Shown here: positions 13,126 to 26,564 of the stretch, piece after piece | Numbering within the stretch: the first letter of the stretch is position 1 | Layout of the letters: each line of letters opens with the position of its first letter | Assembly (NCBI RefSeq): GCF_004010195.1 | Contig: NC_057718.1 | Location: forward strand, 45,424,717 to 45,488,716 | Length of the DNA stretch: 64,000 nucleotides | Direction: 5' to 3' | DNA from: Chiloscyllium plagiosum | Taxonomy: Eukaryota | Translations under genes and position numbers: made by a program | The notes under the pieces: generated by a model | What the model was told of the DNA's origin: nothing | Seen by the model: the letters and a program-made list of their open reading frames with translations, nothing else | Database searches by the model: none

Positions 13126-14714
13126 TCAATTTGTGACAAATCCTAGGAATTTTAGAAATTCAAGATAAATGTATCCACTGTCAGTAGCTAAATCAATTAA
13201 ATGATCAGACCCACAGTAATTGTCAACTTGTTGTCATCTTAATGTTTTATGGTACTATTTCTTCACTGTTAAATGAATAAAAGCTGCCAATCTCTTGTGC
13301 CTTGAGAGTTGCTAAAATGCTGAGGTTGAAATAAATCAAAATCTTTGATTTCTTGTGCACCAGAAAAGCTCTCAAACACGACAGCTGATTTGCCACCAGC
13401 TTCACATCCCAAGTCCTCCCTTTCAATACTTGTTTCTGTCAATGAAATATGCAAGAGCTCGATCAGAAATAAATAGACAAAGCAACACTCTGTGCCTGCA
13501 GGCCATCCCTCACCCTGTAGGGCATTATCTTTTGTTTCTAATTTCCAAGCCAAGTCAGGACTGCTCATTTGAAGCTTTTTTTTGTCTGAAGATCAAACAC
13601 ATCTGATTCCTTTCAGGCCTTTTTTTTAATAAAAGAAAAATCTTTTTGACTTTGCAGGTGTACCTGATCTAAACAAGCCACGTCTCAGATTAGTTCATTA
13701 GTTAATTTTCCCCACGACTGTCAGCAAACCAGAAATTCTGCTTTAAGGACTGCTTGTATTATGTCAATATTGAAGATGAGTTTCAAAGGTATTTACAAAT
13801 CTCAATTGTGAGCATATCATTGATGTCAGAAATGTGAGAGTATCTCACTGTTTTAATTCAATACCATATTTCTCAAATAAGTTAGCTACCCTCAGAATCC
13901 GTGAACTACAATTATGCAAAGGTTATGAAGGTTGGGGTGGGAGTTCATTTTATTACATAATTAATGGGGCACAGCTGTGGCCTCTTTGCCCTTGTTATAG
14001 GCAATAAAATGTCTAGCACTACTGAACCTATTTTTTTAAACAAAAAAGGCATTTTTTTCTCAAAGACTTGTTCTGCATTGAAGCAGTATGGTGTCTGATG
14101 CACAAAACAGCTTGGTTGGTGACGGGCACTTGTTGGAAAATTATTCAATGGAAAATAATTTAGTCTAATTATTCTGTTCATCGCTGCACAATGTGTTTTT
14201 TAAGGATAAAGGGATGAATTGTGACATCAGTTCTTCTTTCAGTTCTTAATCCACTTTCAAACGTCTGTCACTGGGCTTATGTAGGGAAACAAATTAATTG
14301 ATAATTTTGATGGGAGTATTTCATCAATAATGCATTTTTATTACCATTCTTCTCCTCCTCATTTTCCCAAATTCCAGAAGGCACTGCTTTTAATTAAAGT
14401 ACAGAGGTGAGGCATAGCTGTCCTCAGGCTCTCATCTGGATGTCAGCAAAATGGTCTCAAAAATAATCAGAGAATGTTTGAGAAAAAAATGCAACAGCTC
14501 CTTCTTAAGTAACTGCTTGCTACTCAGAAGAAATGCTTACATTTATATGAGTTTTCCTGTCTAGATGGAGATACATTATTTTGAAAGTGATTCACTCAGA
14601 AATATTTGGAAAGGTAGAGAACATGACGGATCTTTTAATACTGTAAAGATATAAGATAAATTCAGCTGGAGATCACCACCAGAGTGATTAGTCGGAGGAG
14701 GAGGAAGCAAAGGA

Positions 14715-15967
14715 CAAATCTAACCTGGCCAATTACTGTCCCATCAGTCTACTCTCAGTCATCATTAAAATGATGGAACAGTGGTATCAAATGACATTGT
14801 GCAGCATTAACCTGCTCAATGATGCTCAGTTTGGGTTCCGCCAGGGCAGTCAGCTCCTAACCTCATTACAGCCTTGGTTCAAACATGGACAAAAAAGCTG
14901 AATTCCAGAGATAAGGTGAGAGTGACAGCCCTTGTCATTATGGCCACATTCAACTGAATGTGACATCAAGAAGCCCGAGCAAAACTGGAATCAATGATTA
15001 TCTGCTGGTTGGAGTCATACCTGGCACATAAGATGATTGTGATTGTTAAAGGTCAGTCATCTCAGCTCCAAGATATCTCAACAGGAGTTCCCCAAGCCAA
15101 GCCATCTTCAGCTGCTTCATCAATGACTTTCTCTCCATCATAAGGTCAGAATGGGTTGATCCTTCAAATATTAAAGTAATTTATGTTCAAATGCAACAAA
15201 ATCTGGATAATATCCAGGCTTCGGCTGATAAGTGGCAAGTTACATTCATGTCGCGCAAATGCCAGGCAATGACTATCACTCCAATAAGAGACAATCTAAC
15301 CACTGCCCCTTGACTTTCAATGGTGTTACCATCACTGAATACTCCACTTTCAACATCCTGGGGGTTACCGTTAACCGGAAACTCAACAGGACTCATCACA
15401 TAAACACAGTGGCTGCAAGAGCAGGTCAGGGACTAGGGATTCTGCAGTAACTCACCCCTAACTCTCCAAACCTGCCTACCATCTACAAGGCACAAGTCTG
15501 GAAAGTGTGATGGAATGCTCTGTACATGCCTGGATAGATGCAGCTCCAACAACACTCAAGCTTGACACCATCCAAGACAAAGTCCTCTTGATTTGCACCA
15601 CATCCACAAGCATCTGCTCCCTCTTCCCCTGATACTGAGTAGCAGCAGTGTATACTATCTACACTTCACACTACAGAAATCCACCATTGGCACCTTCCAA
15701 ACTCTCAATCTTTCATCTAGAAGGACAAGGACAGCAAATACATGGGAACACCACTGCCCACATGTTTCCCTCCAAGCCATTCACCATACTGATTTGGAAA
15801 TGTATTGTCACTCCTTCACTGTCACTGGTCAAAATCTTGTAGGTCTACCCACAGCTCATGGACTGCCGCAGTTCAAGAAGATAGCTCACCACTACCTTCT
15901 CAAGGGATGGGTGATAAATGCTGATTAGCCAATGATACCTAGGTCCCACGCGTGAATTTTAAAAAAA
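14715..15967 (+). mobile_element. CR1/L2-group LINE (RT and 3' end), partner of the 11135 SINE
   Basis: KSNLANYCPISLLS, QFGFRQG, GVPQ motifs; tail gggatgggtgataaatgctg...gtgaattttaaaaaaa. Confidence 0.85.
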
Positions 15968-16079
15968 TGTGCCACTATGAAGGCATCAGTCAGCTGATCT
16001 AGATCTCCCACTGCCTCCAGGTGGCAGTCTGATGTACAGTAATGCTCAGTTAGGCAGAAGTAAACATACCTGGAGAAAA

Positions 16080-16700
16080 GTCATAGCGTCATACAACATG
16101 CAAACAGACCCTTCAGTCCAACTAGTCCATGCGGACCATAATTCCAAACTAAATTAGTCCCAACAGAGAAGGACTCACCAACATCCTTTCCAACCTCAAC
16201 ATAATGTTCCAACTTGTTTACTACAAGGTTTGAGCAATGAAGACAAGTGTGCTAAATACCTCCTTAATACCCTATCTATATGTGACACAAACCTCAAAGA
16301 ATTATGTACCTGAACCCTGGGGTCTCTCTGTTCTATAACACTACCAAAGGCCCTACTTTTAATCGTACAAGTCTTGCCATTATTTGTTTTACCAAAATGC
16401 AATTCTACACAATTATACAAATTAAACTCCGTCTGCCACTCTTTTAGCCCATTGACCCAAGTGATCAAGACCTCTGTAATCTTAGATAACCTTTGGATAT
16501 TACCAATTTGGTGTCATCTGCAAACTTACTAATCATTGCCTCCTGTATTCTCATCTAAATCATATGTAAATGACAAACAAAAGCGGACCCAATACCGATC
16601 CCTGTGAAACACAGCTGGTCACAGGCCTCCAGTCCAAAAAACAACCTTCCATCACCACTCTGTCTCCTGCCATTAAGCCAATTTTGTATCCAATATCCGA
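16080..16700 (-). mobile_element. CR1 LINE fragment with internal deletion
   Basis: Minus-strand SKFADDTK (gtgtcatctgcaaactta), WQTEFN...LHFGK, and the CR1 tail at the left end. Confidence 0.85.
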
Positions 16701-17534
16701 TACCTGATCGATTTTGAAAAAAAGATACAGACAGATTATAACACTGAGTGTCAGTGTTTTTAATTTTCTTTTGATATTTTTAATGTATGCTTTAATTGGG
16801 GAGACAGGCCTTGTGACAGTAAACTTGAATGTTGCTGTGAGAACTGTTGCTTGGCACCAGCAACAAATTTAACATTAAGTCAGCAAGCAAAATTAATATA
16901 TGTTTAATTGCATTTTCATGCAAAAGGCATACTTGTACTTTAGGGGATCTGTGGAAAGTTAATTTTGGGAAAGCAGGATCGCATGGAGAAAGATTGATAA
17001 TCGCAACCAGAAGGGTCAATCATCATGTGTCCAAGTAGAATATCTGCAGAATCCTGCTCAATTCTTGTTATAAATTCAGAAAGTCAGCAGAAACCGTGGA
17101 CCAGCAGCAAGTGATTGGGAGAAATCCCAAAAATTCCATTCATTTGTATAATTGAGGGCACCTCTCTGAAACCCAGTTATATTTTTGCCTGAATTTACAT
17201 CAGCACACAGAACAACTTATATTGATATCGTATCTTAACCTAATAAGAATCCCAAATAAAAATCAGGGATAGCAACACGGAGTGTTTTTTTTCTCTCCTC
17301 TCCAGCCAAGAGAAACTTATGGTTTTATTGTGAAGAATTTGCTTTACAACGTGTTACCTCATTTGACACAAGCATGGCTCTCTTGACTTGTAACTAATAA
17401 GGCCTGAAACTAACAAGAAAACCTCTCAATTTCTGTTTATGAGTAGCAACTTTACAAGGCTGTAAATGATTTATAGCATTAATAACTATGATTAGCTGCC
17501 AAATTTGTACAATATTGTGGTGATCTGTTCACAG

Positions 17535-17605
17535 GACTGGGCTCAGGATCAACGGGTTCTGGAAGAAATGACGTGCAAGGTAGCACTGCAGCACCAGGCC
17601 TACAG
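17535..17605 (+). CDS. PTPN14: PTPN14 coding exon (FERM; human exon 6 equivalent, 71 bp)
   Basis: cag|GAC...TACAG|gtaag; DWAQDQRVLEEMTCKVALQHQAY; phase 0 to 2, matching the next exon. Confidence 0.9.
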
Positions 17606-18639
17606 GTAAGCTAGGTTTCTAGTACCATTGGACTCTTAACTGAAATCAGGAACCCCTAATTATGTTATACAAGAGCTTGGTTTCTTCCAGATGAACCATT
17701 CCTTCAGTTTTGAACTAATAGTCATCTACGAATTGTTGCCAAGATAGAGCCTGACATTGGATTACATATCTCTGTAAGCTCACTGCTCATTTATGTTGCT
17801 ACAAACAGGATCACAGATTTGAACTCATGTTTTAGTAAGGTCAAATATAATGTTACTACAAAACAATACAGTTATCAGTCGGTATTGGTGATAACGACCA
17901 TGTGTAATTCTGTGTGGTGTCTTAGAGTGACAGATTTCAGGATATTCTCAAGAATCTCATTTTGATACTTCTGGTGTTAATGGTATCAGCAGAATATGCT
18001 AACCATGTAAAACTGTATTCTGTTTGCGCTTTGCATCATAGATCAGATTGTCTCTGAAGCTGGTTTTAGTTGAGTTTCAGATGTGCTAGCTGGTTCACCC
18101 AATTTTTAATGCTCATGCAGAATAAAATCTACTGAGTACCTAGTATCAGAACCCTAAGGAGCATTGGCCAACTGTACCTCATATGATTGGGGCAGCAACT
18201 GCAACCCAGTCATTTATTTTTCTCAATTTATAGGTAGCGGTCCCACTGTTCGTAGCTCAGCATTTCCTTGTACGCAATTCAAATTCTAGAACAGGCTTTC
18301 CATGTGACTTGAACACCTATTCCAATCTACCCTCAGCATTTTCCAGATTGGAGGTTTGGATCATGGCACCATCCACTGTACTTTAATTTTGTAAATTGTG
18401 CTGAGCTTATGTGTTGTGAAGTATGGAGCATTCCAGCATCTTGGGTGTGATTATTTGAAATTCTTAGTGGTTGTGATGTTACATGTTTAATCAACCTCAC
18501 AAGCTGGATAACTGATTCACATTGTGTGTGTGTGTCTGTGTGTATCCATGTGGCACCAATCTTCCTTGTTCAAGCGCCATCTATAAAAGCCCATTGTGCA
18601 CTCTGAAAAGCACTGTCTGGAGCTGATGTGACTGACAGG

Positions 18640-18855
18640 AAAATTGGCTTCCACTTAGCAGGCAGGGTCCTGGAGATTTTGCTGGATGGGTTGGTGCACA
18701 GGCAGGTGTTCCTTTTGCGCCTGGAGTAGTAGTGGAGGATACGAGACCTGACCATATTAGCCTGGCCCAGGGATGCCAGACAGTTTAAAGCCATCTTGAC
18801 TAATTCCAAGCACTGTAAGAAGAAGACCAATGTCCTTCTCTACTCCATCAGCAAA
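18640..18855 (+). mobile_element. Pseudogenised Myb/SANT-like ORF, probably from a PIF/Harbinger transposon
   Basis: Reads HLAGRVLEILLDGLVHRQVFL..**..TILAWPRDARQFKA...HCKKKTNVLL, the L..L...V / AW..A / QCKKK.N.L pattern of Harbinger Myb/SANT proteins. Confidence 0.55.
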
Positions 18856-19732
18856 TGCGACACCATCTTCTCTCCACTAACTTCTACTCACTTTATCTCT
18901 ACTATTGCACCTCCCGCCCACCAAGTCTCTTGCTCTTCCATACTCTCAATTGCTTGCATCTTCACCTTCATCTACCCCAACTGCACTACCATGAATCCTG
19001 CGTACCCTCCGCACTGCTTACACACTCATTTGGCACACCTCACCACCTGCACAAACAGTAATTGCTGTGACTCTCACTTTTGTTTTCCATAATATATACC
19101 TCTCGCTCATTACATGAGAAAGACAGATTTAATAGAGCAGAAAGAGTCAAGATGAGTAGTGTGCTGTCTTCATCTGGCTCCTCAACCCTAATGAGTAAAA
19201 GATCTTGATACTGACCAAATCATGCAGAACCTAGTATTGGATGCACTTACTTACTGTGCCAGGATTCTGAATGAAGGCCTGCTGATGACTATGACCAGCT
19301 TGCTGGCTTTGTATCTGTGCTAAATGGCATGGCAATATAGCAATATTACGCCCTTGGTATCTTTGCCTGAGTCAAAGTGTGAGCACTATGTCAATGAGCA
19401 GAGAGACAAGAGATGCATCCTGGTTCAGTCCATGACCTGGGTTTGACCCCCTGAGCACACAGTGTCCTTGTGCAACACTAGTTTCTTGTTGAGACAGAAT
19501 TGCAGAAGTGGATCAAAGAAATGCGGTGAAGGTTTATAGAGGTTGACATATGTCAGTTGCCAATGTCTGTGGATATGGGGTGCAAGTGGTTGGTACTCTT
19601 GAAGCATGCCCTGAGATGTTGGTGTCTAGTTTCCACAGTGGAGGTCACTTGAAGCAAATGGCAAGCCGAATTTGCCAGCTGCTTGCCTCTAGTTTCCTGA
19701 TTGAATTATCCTGGTGACTAGCTTATAAGCCC

Positions 19733-20125
19733 ATAAGACATAGGAGCGGAAGTAAGGCCATTTGGCCCATCAGGTCCACTCCACCATTCAATCATGGCTG
19801 ATGGGCATTTCAATTCCACTTACCCGCATTCTCCCCGTAGCCCTTAATTCCTTGTGACATCAAGAATTTATCAATTTCTGCCTTGAAGACATTTAGCGTC
19901 CCAGCCTCCACTGCACTCTGTGGCAATGAATTCAGAAATGTCTCCGCATTTCCGTTCTGAATTTAACCCCTCTAATTCTAAGGCTGTGTCCACGGGTCCT
20001 AGTCTCCTCGCCTAACGGAAACAATTTCCTAGCGTCCACCCTCTCCAAACCTTGTCGACATGGATGGGTAAGTTTTTATTAGATCTCCTCTTAATCTTCT
20101 AAACTCCAATGAATACAATCCCAAT
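19733..20125 (-). mobile_element. CR1 LINE 3' end
   Basis: Reverse-complement tail cataagacataggagcggaagtaaggcc, which also matches the + copy at 35585-35707. Confidence 0.85.
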
Positions 20126-20180
20126 TATGAGATAGAATGGAAATTTTCTCTATTCTCAATAGAAAAACTTAAATAACAAT

Positions 20181-20258
20181 GGGGTGGCATGGTGGCTCAG
20201 TGGTTAGCACTGCTGCCTCTCAGCACCGGGGTCCCAGATTTGATTCCAGCCTCGGGCG
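20181..20258 (+). mobile_element. HE1/V-SINE 5' end (runs into the gap)
   Basis: ggcatggtggctcagtggttagcactgctgcctc...gattccagcctcgggcg, the same head as the 61061 copy. Confidence 0.85.
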
Positions 20259-20831
20259 NNNNNNNNNNNNNNNNNNNNNNNNNNNNNNNNNNNNNNNNNN
20301 NNNNNNNNNNNNNNNNNNNNNNNNNNNNNNNNNNNNNNNNNNNNNNNNNNNNNNNNNNNNNNNNNNNNNNNNNNNNNNNNNNNNNNNNNNNNNNNNNNNN
20401 NNNNNNNNNNNNNNNNNNNNNNNNNNNNNNNNNNNNNNNNNNNNNNNNNNNNNNNNNNNNNNNNNNNNNNNNNNNNNNNNNNNNNNNNNNNNNNNNNNNN
20501 NNNNNNNNNNNNNNNNNNNNNNNNNNNNNNNNNNNNNNNNNNNNNNNNNNNNNNNNNNNNNNNNNNNNNNNNNNNNNNNNNNNNNNNNNNNNNNNNNNNN
20601 NNNNNNNNNNNNNNNNNNNNNNNNNNNNNNNNNNNNNNNNNNNNNNNNNNNNNNNNNNNNNNNNNNNNNNNNNNNNNNNNNNNNNNNNNNNNNNNNNNNN
20701 NNNNNNNNNNNNNNNNNNNNNNNNNNNNNNNNNNNNNNNNNNNNNNNNNNNNNNNNNNNNNNNNNNNNNNNNNNNNNNNNNNNNNNNNNNNNNNNNNNNN
20801 NNNNNNNNNNNNNNNNNNNNNNNNNNNNNNN
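20259..20831. other. Assembly gap (573 N)
   Basis: Run of n. Confidence 1.
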
Positions 20832-21515
20832 GGGGTTACAACAGTGATCTTCCAATCATCCGGGACTTTCCCTGACTCCAGTGATTTTTGAAAGATCTCA
20901 ACCAACGCCTCTGCTATTTCCTCAGCCACCTCCCTCAGAACTTTAGGATGTCGCCCACTAGCACTTTCTCTTTTGTAATGGCAACCATACTTAACTCAGC
21001 CCCCTGACTCCCTTTAATTGTTGGGATATTACTCATGTCTTCCACTGTGAAGACTGACGCAAAGTACTTATTAAGTTCTCCAGCTATTTCCTTATCTCCC
21101 ATCATTAGGCTTCCAGCATCAGTTTGAAGTGGCGCAATGTCTACTCTTGCCTGTCGTTTGTTTCTTATGTATTGAAAGAAACTTTTACTATCATTTCTAA
21201 TATTACTGGCTAGCCTACCTTCATATTTGATCCTCTCCTTTCTTATTTCTCTCTTTGTTATCCTCTGTTTGTTTTTGTAGCCTTCCCAATCTTCTGATTT
21301 CCCAGTGCTCTTGGCCACTTTATCGGCTCTCTCTTTTTCTTTGATAGATTTCCTGACTCCCTTTGTCAGCGATGGCTGTCTAATCCCTCCCTGGATAATC
21401 TTTCTCTTCTTGGGGATGAACCTCTGTACAGTGTCCTCAATTTTACCCACAAACTCCTGCCATTTTTCCTCTACTGTCTTCCCTGCTAGGCTCTGCTTCC
21501 AGTCTATTTTCATCA
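20832..21515 (-). mobile_element. CR1 LINE ORF2 fragment (between EN and RT)
   Basis: 192-aa ORF with KSFFQYIRNK, LNKYFASVFT; also IFQKSLESGKVPDDWK. Confidence 0.9.
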
Positions 21516-21789
21516 GTCTGGCAAGTTTGCTAAACTGGGACTCCGAAAATTGCTGAGGTGAGTTGGGCAGTTAACAAGACATTTAGCAAGCAATAATGAG
21601 CATCAGTTAGCATTTCACTGCTGCCCAGTGAGAATCTCACCAAGCCCCTTGCGAAAAGCCGAAAAGATGTAGGAAGCTGACCTCTGTGTCAAGGTGGACC
21701 CCTTACTCTTCACTGTCTCTTGCCATAGCGCAAATCACTTGGACCCCAATTGAATTCTGCCCTTACAATTTTCTGAAACTTTACCTAGC

Positions 21790-21955
21790 ACTGTCCCCTC
21801 ATTCAAAACCACCAAAGATAAAGGTCATCCATCTCACCTGCTGTTAATGGGGCTTTGCTGTGTCAAATTGACCCACACAACCATTGTTACTATAATTCAA
21901 AACAATGCATTGGATTTGAAGCAATCCTAAAAGACGTGCTAAGTAAAAGCAAGTT
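21790..21955 (+). mobile_element. Degenerate DeuSINE (SacSINE1/AmnSINE1-like) 3' half
   Basis: atctcacctgctgttaatggggctttgctgtgtcaaattg...ttcaaaac..tgcattggatttgaagc...gctaagtaaaagcaagt resembles the recalled Deu domain end and L2 tail. Confidence 0.55.
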
Positions 21956-22349
21956 TGCTATTTCTGTATCAATGCCCAAATATTCATGATATTTGTTCTA
22001 TTAAACTGGCTTGTGAAAGGTTAATTTTATAAAATTTGACTTAATTTTTGTGTTTCCTGCTTTTCTCTTTTCTTCATGTCTTAGAAGGACTACAGACCGG
22101 CACCTTTCTTACAATCCTTTGTCCATGTTGTCTTAGATTCAAATCGTGGAAATGATATCCGCCATGGTTTGCCATATGCCTGGCGTATTTGAGCTTCTCC
22201 AAGCTGATTTTGAGAGGGTTCAAATGTATTATTTGCTGTTGTCCGAAGTCCATACTTGATCAATGCAGCTAGAGCTGTATTTGGACAGGGAAAGTGTTAT
22301 CTTTGAAGGACTTTTGGGTGTATTGAATTAAATTTTTCTCTCTTCCAAG

Positions 22350-22437
22350 TGGAATGCCAGCTGCAGAAGCTGAGTTGCTTTATATAAAGGAAGTGGAACA
22401 GCTTGAAGGCTTTGGGCAAGAAAGTTTCCCTGCTAAG
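22350..22437 (+). CDS. PTPN14: PTPN14 coding exon (FERM; exon 7 equivalent, 88 bp)
   Basis: ttccaag|T...AAG|gtatat; (S)GMPAAEAELLYIKEVEQLEGFGQESFPAK. Confidence 0.95.
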
Positions 22438-25400
22438 GTATATCAAAATTATCACATTGATTTAGAAAGATAACTTCTCAGATATTTTATGTATTTATTG
22501 TATTTTTAGTTTGGTTCTGAACATGCTTAACTTCCTTCCAAGTTGGATTGATGCAATTGAACACAAGTTTTAAAGAGAAAATGGAATTTAAATGTACATT
22601 AGCAAGGGTTTCTTTATTTTATAAAAGTGACATTGATGCACTGTGATGCAAGTAACTTCAATGTTGCAAAGGCGTATTCTGATTCTAGACCAAACTGGCA
22701 AATTTATGCTATGGTCTGACAGGGAACAGTAACTTTATTTTTAAAATAGACAATGTGCAAGACCCAGGTACTTACTAGGACAGTAAGGGAATAAAGCCAC
22801 AGATCCTACAGAATTGGAAAATAACCCACTTTAAATTTGCTGTTTGAAGATCGAACAGTCAACAAATCTATAATATATATTTTTATGCTCTAACGAACAG
22901 AATTAGCATTATGTAAATATGTGCAATGGCAAACTGGTCAAACACCACTCAGAGCACATCAAATGGCAAATGTGATCAAGACATTTCCCACAGATTTCTC
23001 AGCAACTCCCCAGATGGTAATGTCACTGCAGGTCATAAAATCACGTGAAAACTTTGCAAAGTGCTCCGATTCTTCTTTTCAAAGATGTAGCTTCAGAACT
23101 CTCTCAATAGCAGCTCAGTTACAGACTGCCACACAAACTGCTCCCGTCCTGGTGTTCATACTCCTTTTGGCACTGTACCTGCCTCAATTCATAAAACTGT
23201 ACTCACAGCATCTACTGACAGGCATAGTTCCAGCTTGTTCATAGCCAGCAAGCTTTACCATGCTAGTACTGGTCCTGAGTTTCTCTGAGCTCCAGTCTTG
23301 TTGAGTTATATCAAAGCTACTTTCAAGCCTCAATGTCTCCCAGTAGTACTCAAAGTTCCAATTGTTTGGAGCCTACTCTGGCAGCACGTTGTTTGGATTG
23401 GAGCCCATCCTTTGTGCAATCGACTGCCTAACTCCCAAAACTGACAACTTACAATTTATGGCTGCCCTGGAACCTGCAATATGTTTTCTGTGCCATTCCC
23501 AGTCCAGTGGTCTCCCTGCTGTACAAACTGGCAGGTAATGCCGGATGACCAAGATGGCTGAGCTCTTTTAAATGTTTAAAAGGAATGCTTGGCAAAGCAT
23601 GGTGTCCTGTCTCACTCTGTGCAAGCCTGTGCAGGACTCCTGGGAGCCTAATGGGAGATAGAGTCCTCATCAGATCCTGAAACTGAGTGAGTTTATGTTT
23701 GTAATGGGACATAATTTTCAAATGTAAACAATCTCCCTTATAAAATATCTGTGATTGACTGTAGCATTTTTGAGATGTAGGAATTACAGTAATCCATCAT
23801 TTGTGTAGACGCAACCCACAACCGACCTACCAACAGCTTGTTCTTTAAGGGGGTTGACAGAAACAAAAGTCAAATAATGAAATGTTCATCAGCTCAGTTT
23901 GTTTAAATCAATCACAAAGCTGAAAAATCATAAGCAAACACTTAAGGACTTTGTCCAAGAAAGCCTACTGAATGATTTATCTTGTGGCAATTAACATTTG
24001 AAAATTTTGATTGGTTCATTTCCACTCTTTTAGTGTCCACCTTTCTAATAAGTGCTTTTTAAAAAATGAAAATAATCTCTACAATTTCAAAACTTGCTCT
24101 TGTTTATTAGATTGATTGTGAGTTCATACAATGGCCTACTCTACTAGATCCCCATTATTACAGTTTGAACAGAGTTTACAGCTGGACACATTTTCTGTCA
24201 TAATTTCCTTTGAACAATAGAATCTTCATTACTGAAATGAATGGCATATTTGAGACAATGAGGGTGTAGCAATATGCTAATCTTATGCTGTCATTCCTGC
24301 CTCAATTAAGTTCCATTATAATCAAAGGATAAACAACAGATATCCGGGTTAGCTTGGTGCAAGAGGAAAGTAGGAGCTAATATTAAGAACCGGGGACAGT
24401 GGGGAATAGCTTTTAGGTTATTTTATTTCTTTTTTTGTCTTTTCATTCCATTCTCCCTGGTCCTTCTCCCATTTTCTGTGATAGTGGCTCCTCTCAATGG
24501 TCAGGGTGTAGTGGGTTTTCTAGTGGAAATTCTGTATGGCATTTACCGCTTCGAAGAGAAGGATGCCAGAGCAATTGAGGGAAGCTTGACTGTTAACACT
24601 GAACTAGACCTTACATTCATGGTCTCTGGACACTGAAGGATACAAGTGAGGTCTTCCTTATCCATTTCCTTACAGGAGCCTTTTAATTAGACTACCAAAT
24701 CTATCTATTTCCTTTAGTATTTCCCAGATTTCCTTTTCTCACCAGTAAAATATCATCATCCAGAGAACCTTCTTTGTCAGCCATATATCATACAGCCCTC
24801 AAGCAACATTCAAAGCCTAAAAGAACAATGTCTAAATGCTTTAATGCAGTCAAAATTATTTTCCAATCACTTTTGAGATAATTTTCCTACTTAGATATAA
24901 TCTTATGCTCTTAGCTAGTACCTGGATGGCAGGGATGAACAAAGCTTTTGTAAGTTGGATTAAGAGCCTCCAAATCTTCGAAGAAGAGATACTATCCCAC
25001 CCTCACTCTGGTACTGTATTGGCTAGCATGGCCATTTGAGCTGTTTAAGAATCATGAAGCCTCTTGTGAGTCTTTTGACAAATTGAAAGCCATTGCTTAG
25101 AAGTCAGAAGAGAGGACCTGCTCCAATCTGGCATCTTTGCCAATTCCAGTGACCAGTTTTGAGTGCTTATGGATAAAACACTGACTGACTGCTCCACCTA
25201 AAGAACAGATGCAGTGAGAATGTAATTAGTAAGTACAAATTGTGTGGTTCTCTGACATACATGAGACTCTGATGTGTTTGACTGGTTTCAGCATGAGCCA
25301 TCAGCCAAGACAAGCCGATGGGGAAGGAATAAAGCCCTCAGTAGTATGTATTGATAAGAAGAAGACTTTCCTTTGTGAGGCCAGATGGAATAGGAGGGCT

Positions 25401-25891
25401 CCTCTGGTTTCTTTTGAAGTCCAGGCCTGTATTCCCTGGGGATATCTACTCTCATTAGCTTGAAACCCCTCTCAAACATTCCCCATCCCTACCGTAACAG
25501 AAAACAGCTTAAAACATTGGCACGTGATTTCATTGTAATATCTGTTCTTTTCAGTCCACCTTCAGGAATATTGGAAATGTACATGTAAGAGCACATGTCA
25601 AAGACAAAACTACAATGTTGGAATACTAGGTTGAAAAATCACATTGTCGTTAGCTAATGTGGACCCGCTCCTAAATTTTAGACACTCCAGTTTCTTGGGA
25701 ACATTGTACCCATGAAAGTATCTGAAGTAGACCTAAATTACTCGTGTACAAATTAGGGAACAAATTATGGTTAAAGACATTTAATAGGGGCCTTGCTTGG
25801 AGACGTCTAAAGTAACTTGGTAGTACTTGTATGAGTGCGGGGTGTAATGTACGTTTCACCTTGTAAATGAACATTTGTTTCCCTTGAACAG

Positions 25892-25980
25892 GATAACCTT
25901 GGAAACGACACTGTTATTGGTATTTCTTTTATGGGAATATTCGTAAAGCACAGGAATAGCCGGCCAACTATAACTTACAG
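25892..25980 (+). CDS. PTPN14: PTPN14 coding exon (FERM; exon 8 equivalent, 89 bp)
   Basis: aacag|GAT...TACAG|gtaaac; DNLGNDTVIGISFMGIFVKHRNSRPTITY(R). Confidence 0.95.
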
Positions 25981-26476
25981 GTAAACAAATAAGCTGCATT
26001 GGACCAAATGCAATAAACTTCTGAGATTTAAAGCTATGGGAAATAGCCTCCTGTTTCCTTTTCCCCAGTTACATTTTTGAGGCAGTTTTTGATATTCATG
26101 CACAATGCGGCTCCTTAATCCTGAGGAATTTATCATTAGTTCCTCCTAAGAACTGAAATATGTGCAAGAACTGAAAAGTATGTGCAAGAACAGTTTAAAT
26201 TGAGTCTTACTTTTTGTATAATTTTCCTCTGTATCCCCTCGTGCCCAAACAATTAATTTTACATTGATTGATAGGTTTCAGATTTTCCTTGCCCCAGAAT
26301 GGACTCTTCCACGCCCCAGAATGGACTCTTCCACCTCATTTCAATGAATCACCCAATGAATTTGGCTGAGGAGTTTATGTGGATTTTCACCCGAAATATT
26401 TAGCGCTAACCAGAGTTGATACAAAAGAATAAAACTGAAACCTGATCGATAATGCAAAATGTCTTTTAACCTACAG

Positions 26477-26564
26477 ATGGAATGAAATTGGAAATATTAC
26501 ACACAACAGATCTTCAATTAATGTGGAGCTAACGAACAAAGAAGAAACAGTTCCATTTTACACT
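26477..26564 (+). CDS. PTPN14: PTPN14 coding exon (FERM; exon 9 equivalent, 88 bp)
   Basis: ctacag|A...ACT|gtatgt; WNEIGNITHNRSSINVELTNKEETVPFYT. Confidence 0.95.

Noticed and set aside
1..17534. Upstream PTPN14 exon (ADFGDY...FP)
   Set aside because: No matching exon found by eye; presumably upstream of the window.
20179..20929. Four long ORFs in the ORF track
   Set aside because: Artefacts of translating through the N gap.
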